DNA of 32,000 nt from Mycolicibacterium smegmatis (GTDB lineage: Bacteria; Actinomycetota; Actinomycetes; Mycobacteriales; Mycobacteriaceae). The notes below the pieces were generated by a model. The model was not told the origin of the DNA. It saw only the letters and a program-made list of their open reading frames with translations, and did no database searches. Position numbers and translations under genes: made by a program. The stretch covers positions 6,720,001 through 6,752,000 of the forward strand of contig NZ_LN831039.1 in NCBI RefSeq assembly GCF_001457595.1. The letters run 5' to 3'. This document shows positions 23,440 through 29,388 of the stretch, one piece after another. How positions within the stretch are numbered: position 1 is the stretch's first letter; the number at the start of each line of letters is the position of its first letter.

Positions 23440-24632
23440 GGGGTGAAACCGATCGGCAGTGTGTTGGGTCCGGTGTTGCCCGAGTCGGGCAGCCAAGTGG
23501 CGCCGGGCAACTCATGCGGGTCGCGCAGGCGGCGGGCCAGCAGCGGCAGCGCCTCGCTCATGTCCGAGCGGGCCACGAAGTGGCCGAGGCAGTGGTGGAC
23601 CCCACCGCCGAAACCGAAGTGCGGCTTGCGTTCTGCGGTGATGTCGAAGCCCGGCTCGAACACGCGCGGGTCGGTGCCTGCCGACTCGCTGTACAGGTGC
23701 ACGGTGGTGCCGGCCTTCAGCGTCACGCCTTCGTACTCGAAGTCCTCGACCACCTCGCGGGTCACCCACCGCACGGTGGGGTTGACGCGCATGACCTCCT
23801 CGACGGCCTTGCCGCCGAGATCGGGACGCTCGCCGAGCAGACGCCACTGGTCCGGATGCTTCATGAACGTCTGCATCGCCAGGCCCAGCTGGTTGCGGGT
23901 GGTGTCGAAGCCCCCGAATATCAGCAGCAGGATGGCATCTCGCAGCTCTTTGTCGCTGAGCCTGCCGTCGTCCGGACGCGACGCATTGACCAGCGTGGTC
24001 ATGAAGTCGTCGCGCGGGTTGGCCCGGCGGTCCGCGATCAACTCGTCGCTGTACTCGTACAACCGCTGCACGGCGGCCTCGATCTTGGGCAGGTCCTCGC
24101 GCAGCGTGACGCCCAGGGCCAGGCCGATGGTCGCGGACTCGGTCGAGATGACCTTCCACTCCTCTTCGGGCAGGCCGAGCATGATCGCGATGACCCGCGC
24201 CGCGTACGGTTCGGCGAACTCGCTGACGAACTCGCAACGATCGGGTTCGGCGAAGTTGTCGATGAGTTCGTTTGCCAGCGCCTGGAATCGGGGCACCAGC
24301 GACCCGATCAGCTTGGGCGAGAACGCGGGGTTCATGAGCCGGCGCAGCCGGTGGTGTTCCTCGCCTTCCTTGTTGAGGATCCAGCTGGCGAACCACTCGG
24401 CGAACGGGCCCTCCGTGACGCCGTTGTGCGCAGGCCACGCGGCGCTGCCCTGGCGCAGTTTGGGGTGCTTGATCAGGCGGTTGACCTGCTCGTAGCGCAA
24501 TACAGCCAGCCCGTAGGGCGTCGTTGCGTACCAGCTCTTCTCGCGGGCTTCGTGGACCTCGTCCGAGGTGATCGAGAATGCCGGGTCCGTGACATCAAAA
24601 CTGGGGACTGAGTCGAGGGTGGTCGACGACAT
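23430..24632 (-). CDS. Cytochrome P450 monooxygenase (possibly the piperidine/pyrrolidine/morpholine-type mycobacterial P450 class)
   Basis: Heme-thiolate loop FGFGGGVHHCLG, ExxR (EEVMR) and I-helix-like LLLIFGGFDTT. ATG 24632 has GGAGG 8 nt upstream. The track TTG 24647 lies inside that SD. 400 aa. Confidence 0.92.
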   Translation of the reverse strand: MSSTTLDSVPSFDVTDPAFSITSDEVHEAREKSWYATTPYGLAVLRYEQVNRLIKHPKLRQGSAAWPAHNGVTEGPFAEWFASWILNKEGEEHHRLRRLMNPAFSPKLIGSLVPRFQALANELIDNFAEPDRCEFVSEFAEPYAARVIAIMLGLPEEEWKVISTESATIGLALGVTLREDLPKIEAAVQRLYEYSDELIADRRANPRDDFMTTLVNASRPDDGRLSDKELRDAILLLIFGGFDTTRNQLGLAMQTFMKHPDQWRLLGERPDLGGKAVEEVMRVNPTVRWVTREVVEDFEYEGVTLKAGTTVHLYSESAGTDPRVFEPGFDITAERKPHFGFGGGVHHCLGHFVARSDMSEALPLLARRLRDPHELPGATWLPDSGNTGPNTLPIGFTPAP

Positions 24633-24782
24633 CAGTGCTACCTCCAAGGGTTCGCGACCGAACGGTCACTAAATACTCTAGAAGTAGATTGTTAAAGTCA
24701 ATAGGTCGACAACTGTCAATTTTCGGGGTTTTTGTTAAGGCTCCATTACGCCTGTTAGAACTGCGTTACTCACCGGTAGAAA
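24633..24782 (-). promoter_or_regulatory. AT-rich control region upstream of the P450 operon (promoter plus probable operator repeats)
   Basis: G+C is visibly far below the flanks. Minus-strand reading: aTTGACAgttgtcgacctaTTGACTttaacaatctacttcTAGAGTatttag. That gives two TTGAC boxes 19 nt apart and a TANNNT -10 candidate, TAGAGT. Plus-strand TGTTA(A/G) boxes lie at 24690, 24733 and 24753. CAATAGG at 24699-24705 is shared with the 26361 inverted repeat. Confidence 0.4.
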
Positions 24783-25499
24783 TCATGCGATTGCAACGAC
24801 CCAGCCGGTCCCCAGCGGCATTTCGGCCACCTCACGGAACTCGTCGGGACCCGGATTCGCGCTCTGCTCCGGCATCTGCGGCAGCCTCGACCCGACGAAC
24901 CACCGCGGCGTGTTCGCGGCCAGAACGCGCCGCTCGGTATTGACCACGACGGCGTCGCGCGCGGTCTGACGCAGGACCGCGAGCAGGTTGCGCTCGACCT
25001 CGCCGACCACCAGGTCGGCACCCGCGATGCCCAGGAACACCTCGTCGGCAACCACGGGGACCGTGGCCGTGATGGTGTACATGTCCGAACCGCTGTAGTC
25101 GACATACGGGCCGTAGGCCACGCGGGCCTGGCCACGCTGCGCCAGCTGGTAGAAGTCCATCTGCAGGTAGTCGTACACGTCCACGCTGGTCGGGTCGAAG
25201 TTGAGCCGTAGCCGGGCCACCCGGTCGTCGCCGCGACGCTGCCACCAGGCCAGATAGCGCTCCTTGCCCTCGACCACGAACGGTGCGGCGATGAACCCCA
25301 TGCCCCATACGTCGTGGCGGCCCTGCAACACGTCGGCGAGCCGGCGCTGCAGCCCACTGAAGTGCGCCTCGGTCAGCGGCGCGCGCGGCGGCCTGATGGC
25401 GAGCACGTCCTCACGGATGCTCTCGAGCAGCCCGAACAGCGGCTCGAGCGCGTCCGAGGCTTCCTTGGCCAAGAGCTCGGCCAGCTGATCTCCACTCAT
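24783..25499 (-). CDS. Stand-alone soluble Cache/PDC-like sensor-domain protein (no output domain, no TM)
   Basis: 238 aa. The pattern ...MGFIAAPF...YLAWWQR......LNFDP.S.DVYDYLQMDFY......VAYGPYVDY.G...YTIT.TVPV....FLGIAGADL is what I associate with actinobacterial cache-domain-containing proteins. ATG 25499 overlaps the GntR stop (ATGA). The family call was made by eye only. Confidence 0.6.
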   Translation of the reverse strand: MSGDQLAELLAKEASDALEPLFGLLESIREDVLAIRPPRAPLTEAHFSGLQRRLADVLQGRHDVWGMGFIAAPFVVEGKERYLAWWQRRGDDRVARLRLNFDPTSVDVYDYLQMDFYQLAQRGQARVAYGPYVDYSGSDMYTITATVPVVADEVFLGIAGADLVVGEVERNLLAVLRQTARDAVVVNTERRVLAANTPRWFVGSRLPQMPEQSANPGPDEFREVAEMPLGTGWVVAIA

Positions 25500-26233
25500 C
25501 GGCCGGCCTCCTTCGTCGTGAGATCCAGGTTGATCTGGGTCAGCCGCGCGAGCTGCCCCATCACATGAGCCTCGGCCAACTGGCGGGCCTCCTGTGCGTT
25601 TTCGGCAGCAATGGCAGCAGAGATCGCGTGCTTCTCCTCCACATAGGCGGCCACATCGATGGGTGGCCCGATCGGTAACCAGATCAGGCCCGACACCTCG
25701 GCCTGCAGGTTCGCCTCGCGGCGCGCCAGGCGAGCCGACTGGGCGGCGACCGCGACCTGGATGTGGAACCGGCTGTCGGCCCGGATCCGGTCACGCAGCG
25801 ACGTCGCGGTGTCGAGTTGATCGGTCAGCGCGAACAACCGCCGCACGGTCGACGGCGCGGCCCGCTCGGCGGCCAATCGGGCGGCCTGACCGGCGATCGC
25901 GGTGTGCTCGTCGAACAGATCTCGCAGGTCAGAGGCGCTCATGGCGGCAAGCCGGGCGGTCAGCTTCTCGACCGGCGGCCCTGCGGGCCTGCGGACGAAC
26001 GACCCACCGCTGCGCCCGCGGCGGGTCTCCACCAGCTCGAGTTCACGCAGCGTCGCGAGCGCCTCGCGCACGGTCATCGGGGCGACGCCGAACTGCGCGG
26101 CCAGGTCGACCTCCACCGGCAGGCGTTCACCGTCATCCAGCAGACCCAGATGGATGGCCTCGGTGATGCGCTGCACGATCTCGTCGGCGCGACCCACGGG
26201 AGCCTCGGGCGCGACGAGCGGCGACAGCGACAC
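25496..26233 (-). CDS. GntR-family (FadR/FCD subfamily) transcriptional regulator
   Basis: wHTH ADEIVQRITEAIHLGLLDDGERLPVEVDLAAQFGVAPMTVREALATLRELELVETRRGRSGGSFV, followed by an all-helical FCD-like domain. GTG 26233 is preceded by GGAAGGAGA. The track start 26398 adds a low-complexity, poor-GC3 extension. Confidence 0.85.
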   Translation of the reverse strand: MSLSPLVAPEAPVGRADEIVQRITEAIHLGLLDDGERLPVEVDLAAQFGVAPMTVREALATLRELELVETRRGRSGGSFVRRPAGPPVEKLTARLAAMSASDLRDLFDEHTAIAGQAARLAAERAAPSTVRRLFALTDQLDTATSLRDRIRADSRFHIQVAVAAQSARLARREANLQAEVSGLIWLPIGPPIDVAAYVEEKHAISAAIAAENAQEARQLAEAHVMGQLARLTQINLDLTTKEAGR

Positions 26234-26343
26234 CGGCGGTTCTCCTTCCGAGATACAGGTGGGCGATCCCGGCGGGGACCGATTCGCCGAAGTGGCGTCT
26301 GGAGATGTCGGCAATCTACCCGATTTGCGACGAATTCTGCCGT

Positions 26344-26377
26344 TCCTATTGCCGGATAAACAATAGGACTGTAGTTT
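26344..26377 (+). promoter_or_regulatory. Inverted repeat overlapping a candidate promoter of the APC permease operon
   Basis: TCCTATTG (26344-26351), a 9-nt spacer, then CAATAGGA (26361-26368): a perfect 8-bp inverted repeat. Candidate -35 TTGCCG (26349-26354), a 17-nt spacer, then -10 TAGTTT (26372-26377). Confidence 0.4.
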
Positions 26378-26418
26378 TTCGCTCACTTGGCGCAGCACCT
26401 CCAGCAGAAAGCAGGCTG

Positions 26419-27915
26419 ATGTCTATTTCCAAGTCCCCTGTCAGTCCCTCGGAAGGGGCTCACGCGTCCGATTCGGACGCCGCGCATCTGGACAAGCTCG
26501 GCTACAAATCCGAGTTCAAGCGGGATATGAGCCCCTGGGCCAACTTCTCGCTCGGTTTCACCTACCTGTCCCCGGTCGTCGGTATCTACACACTGTTCGC
26601 CTACGCGCTGGCCACCGGCGGCCCGCCGATGATCTGGAGCCTCGTGATCGTCGGCGTCGGCCAGCTGCTGGTCGCGTTGGTGTTCAGCGAGGTCGTGGCC
26701 CAGTTCCCGGTGGCGGGCGGGGTGTACCCGTGGGCACGCCGGCTGTGGGGACGCAAATACGCCTGGATGACCGGGTGGGTGTACCTCGTGGCCCTGCTGG
26801 TGACGATCGCGTCGGTGACCTACGGTTCCGGCCCGTTCATCGCCGCCACGTTCGGCATCGAGGCCACCGTGAACAACACCATCGCGTTCGCGCTGGTGTT
26901 GCTCGCCCTGGCCACGATCATCAACTTCATGGGCACGAAAGTGCTTGCGAAAGCAGCGATCATCGGTTTCACCGCCGAGATCATCGGTGCCCTGGTGGTC
27001 GGTGGCTGGCTGCTGATCGCGCACCGCGAGCACAACCTCGGCGTCATCTTCGACAGCTTCGGCGCAGGCGGCGACGGCAGCTACCTGTGGGCCTTCGCGG
27101 CCGCGGCGCTGATCGGCGTCTACCAGTACTACGGTTTCGAGGCCTGCGGCGATGTCGCCGAGGAAGTGCGCGATCCGGGTCGCCTGATCCCCAAGGCCAT
27201 GCGCCGCACCATCTACATCGGCGGTGCCGCAGCCACTTTCGTGTGCCTGTCGCTGGTTCTCGCGGTGGCCGACATTCCCGCGGTGATCGCCGGCGAGGAC
27301 GTCGACCCGGTCAGCACCGTGCTCACCGAGGCGTTCGGTCCGATCGGCTCCAAGGTCATCCTGGTGATCGTGCTGCTGTCGTTCTTGTCCTGCGCGATGA
27401 GCCTGCAGGCCGCCGCGAGCCGCCTGGCCTACTCGTACGGCCGTGACGGCATGATCATGGGCAGCAGCCTGCTCAAGAAGTTCTCGGCTTCTCGCCACGT
27501 CCCGCCTTACGCGCTGATCCTGGCCGCCATCGTGCCCGCCGTGATCATCATCGGGTCGAAGGTCTCCACCGACGCGATCACCAAGATCATCAGCTTCGCC
27601 GCCTTCGGGATCTACCTGGGCTTCCAGATGGTCGTGCTGGCCGCGCTGCGTGCCCGCCTCAGGGGCTGGGTGCCGTCGGGCAAGTACACGCTGGGCAGGT
27701 GGGGTGTGCCGGTCAACATCGCGGCGCTGGTCTACGGCATCACCGCCATGGTGAACATGGCGTGGCCCCGCACTCCCGACGCACCCTGGTTCGACAACTG
27801 GATCGTCGCGCTGTCCGCGGCCGTGGTCGTGGTGACCGGCCTGGTCTACATGGCCGTCCACCCCCTGCACGACCGCAGCACGGCGCCCTACTCCGACGCC
27901 ATTCCGACAAAGTAG
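26419..27915 (+). CDS. APC-superfamily amino acid/amine permease
   Basis: ATG 26419, 498 aa, about 12 hydrophobic helices. N-terminal LGYKSEFKRDMSPWANFSLGFTYLSPVVG and internal FEACGDVAEEVRDP are typical of APC permeases. Confidence 0.9.
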   Translation: MSISKSPVSPSEGAHASDSDAAHLDKLGYKSEFKRDMSPWANFSLGFTYLSPVVGIYTLFAYALATGGPPMIWSLVIVGVGQLLVALVFSEVVAQFPVAGGVYPWARRLWGRKYAWMTGWVYLVALLVTIASVTYGSGPFIAATFGIEATVNNTIAFALVLLALATIINFMGTKVLAKAAIIGFTAEIIGALVVGGWLLIAHREHNLGVIFDSFGAGGDGSYLWAFAAAALIGVYQYYGFEACGDVAEEVRDPGRLIPKAMRRTIYIGGAAATFVCLSLVLAVADIPAVIAGEDVDPVSTVLTEAFGPIGSKVILVIVLLSFLSCAMSLQAAASRLAYSYGRDGMIMGSSLLKKFSASRHVPPYALILAAIVPAVIIIGSKVSTDAITKIISFAAFGIYLGFQMVVLAALRARLRGWVPSGKYTLGRWGVPVNIAALVYGITAMVNMAWPRTPDAPWFDNWIVALSAAVVVVTGLVYMAVHPLHDRSTAPYSDAIPTK

Positions 27916-27960
27916 GCGCGCCGCCCGCCCGCCCGCTCGCTCACGATCGAAAGAGATGTC

Positions 27961-29343
27961 TTGACCGCCACCGCCCAGCCGCCGTACCGGAGCACCAACC
28001 CGGCCACCGGCAACGTTCTCGCAGAGTTCGACACCACCACCGACGATCAGGTCTTTGCGGCGATCGCCGCGGCCGATGAGGCGTTCCGTTCTTGGCGCTC
28101 AACGCCTCTGGACGAACGCACCGACGTCGTGCGGACGGTGGGAAAGCTCCTGCGCGAACGTGCCGACGACTTCGCGAAGTTGGCACAGTTGGAGATGGGC
28201 AAGAAACGCGGTCAAGGCGCCGGGGAGACCCGGTTCTCCGCATCGATCTTCGAGTTCTACGCCGACCGTGGCGCCGGCCTGCTCGCCGATGAACCGATTC
28301 CGACGTTCACCGGCGGGCAGGCGGTGATCCGGCGGCAACCGGTGGGTGTGCTTCTCGGCGTCATGCCGTGGAATTTCCCGGTCTACCAGATCGCGCGTTT
28401 CGCGGCTCCGAACCTGGTGCTGGGCAACACCATGCTGCTCAAGCACGCCGAGTCGGTTCCCCAGTGCGCGCTGGCCTTCGCCGAGTTGATGCGCGACGCC
28501 GGCGTGCCCGAAGGCGTGTACACCAACCTGTTCGCGACGTTCGATCAGGTGGCGACGATCATCGCCGATCCGCGTGTGCAGGGAGTTTCGGTCACCGGAT
28601 CCGAGCGTGCCGGTGCGGCCGTCGCGGGCTTGGCCGGGCAGTCCCTGAAGAAATGCGTGCTCGAGCTGGGCGGCTCGGACCCGTTCATCGTGCTCGACGG
28701 CGACCCGAAGGAACTGGCCCGCACCGCCTGGAACTTCCGCATGCACAACATGGGACAGGCGTGTAACTCCAACAAGCGCATCATCGTCCTCGACACCATC
28801 TACGACGACTTCGTCACCGAGTTGGTCGCCGCGGCAGAGGCTTTCACCGGTGACCAGATCGCGCCGCTGTCGTCGCGGGCAGCGGCCGAGAACCTGGCCG
28901 CCCAGGTCGACGACGCGGTCGACAAGGGTGCGACGCTGCACACCGGCGGCGTGCTGGCCGAGGAGCCGAAGGCGTACTTCACCCCGGCCGTGCTCACCGG
29001 CGTGACCCCCGGGATGCGGGCCTACACCGAGGAACTGTTCGGCCCGGTCGCCGTGGTCTACCGCGTCGCCGATGCGGAAGAGGCTGTCGCGCTGGCCAAC
29101 TCCACGGATTTCGGCCTGGGGGCGTCGGTCTTCAGCGCTGACACCGCCCGTGCCGAAGCCGTGGCCCGCCGCCTCGAAGCCGGCATGGTCAACGTCAACA
29201 CCCCGTCCGGCGACGGCCCCGACATCCCGTTCGGCGGCATCAAGCGGTCCGGGTTCGGCCGCGAACTCGGCACGCTCGGCATCGACGAGTTCGTCAACAA
29301 GCAGGTCTACGTCGTCGCCGAGTCGACATCGTCGTCAGACTGA
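27961..29343 (+). CDS. NAD(P)+-dependent succinate/glutarate-semialdehyde dehydrogenase (Sad/YneI-like ALDH)
   Basis: TTG 27961. Colinear with E. coli YneI as I recall it: NPATG...; MPWNFP.YQ; LLKHA..VP.CA; VTGS.RAGAAV...AG..LKKCVLELGGSDPFIVL; GQ.C...KR; FGGIKRSGFGRE. 460 aa. Confidence 0.9.
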   Translation: MTATAQPPYRSTNPATGNVLAEFDTTTDDQVFAAIAAADEAFRSWRSTPLDERTDVVRTVGKLLRERADDFAKLAQLEMGKKRGQGAGETRFSASIFEFYADRGAGLLADEPIPTFTGGQAVIRRQPVGVLLGVMPWNFPVYQIARFAAPNLVLGNTMLLKHAESVPQCALAFAELMRDAGVPEGVYTNLFATFDQVATIIADPRVQGVSVTGSERAGAAVAGLAGQSLKKCVLELGGSDPFIVLDGDPKELARTAWNFRMHNMGQACNSNKRIIVLDTIYDDFVTELVAAAEAFTGDQIAPLSSRAAAENLAAQVDDAVDKGATLHTGGVLAEEPKAYFTPAVLTGVTPGMRAYTEELFGPVAVVYRVADAEEAVALANSTDFGLGASVFSADTARAEAVARRLEAGMVNVNTPSGDGPDIPFGGIKRSGFGRELGTLGIDEFVNKQVYVVAESTSSSD

Positions 29344-29388
29344 ACTCCAGCGGGGAACACCGGCACCGTCTCGGCGGTTGAGGCGAGA

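Noticed and set aside
24647-24647. The TTG start codons proposed by the ORF track for the P450 (24647) and the ferredoxin (23390).
   Set aside because: The P450 TTG lies inside the GGAGG Shine-Dalgarno sequence, and the ferredoxin TTG directly abuts its AGGA. Both SDs are at a proper distance from a downstream ATG (24632 and 23384).
26383-27870. Very long ORFs antisense to real genes. Examples: 26383..27870(-), 15890..16984(-), 16570..17883(-), 4144..5316(-), 23346..24611(+), 18101..19000(+), 1876..2721(-), and the upstream 400 codons of 12626..14167(-).
   Set aside because: Their products are Arg/Gly/His/Asp-rich and low in complexity, with no recognisable motifs. They simply mirror the strong third-position G+C of the opposite-strand gene, which suppresses stop codons in high-G+C genomes. 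In every case the opposite strand carries a protein with clear family signatures.
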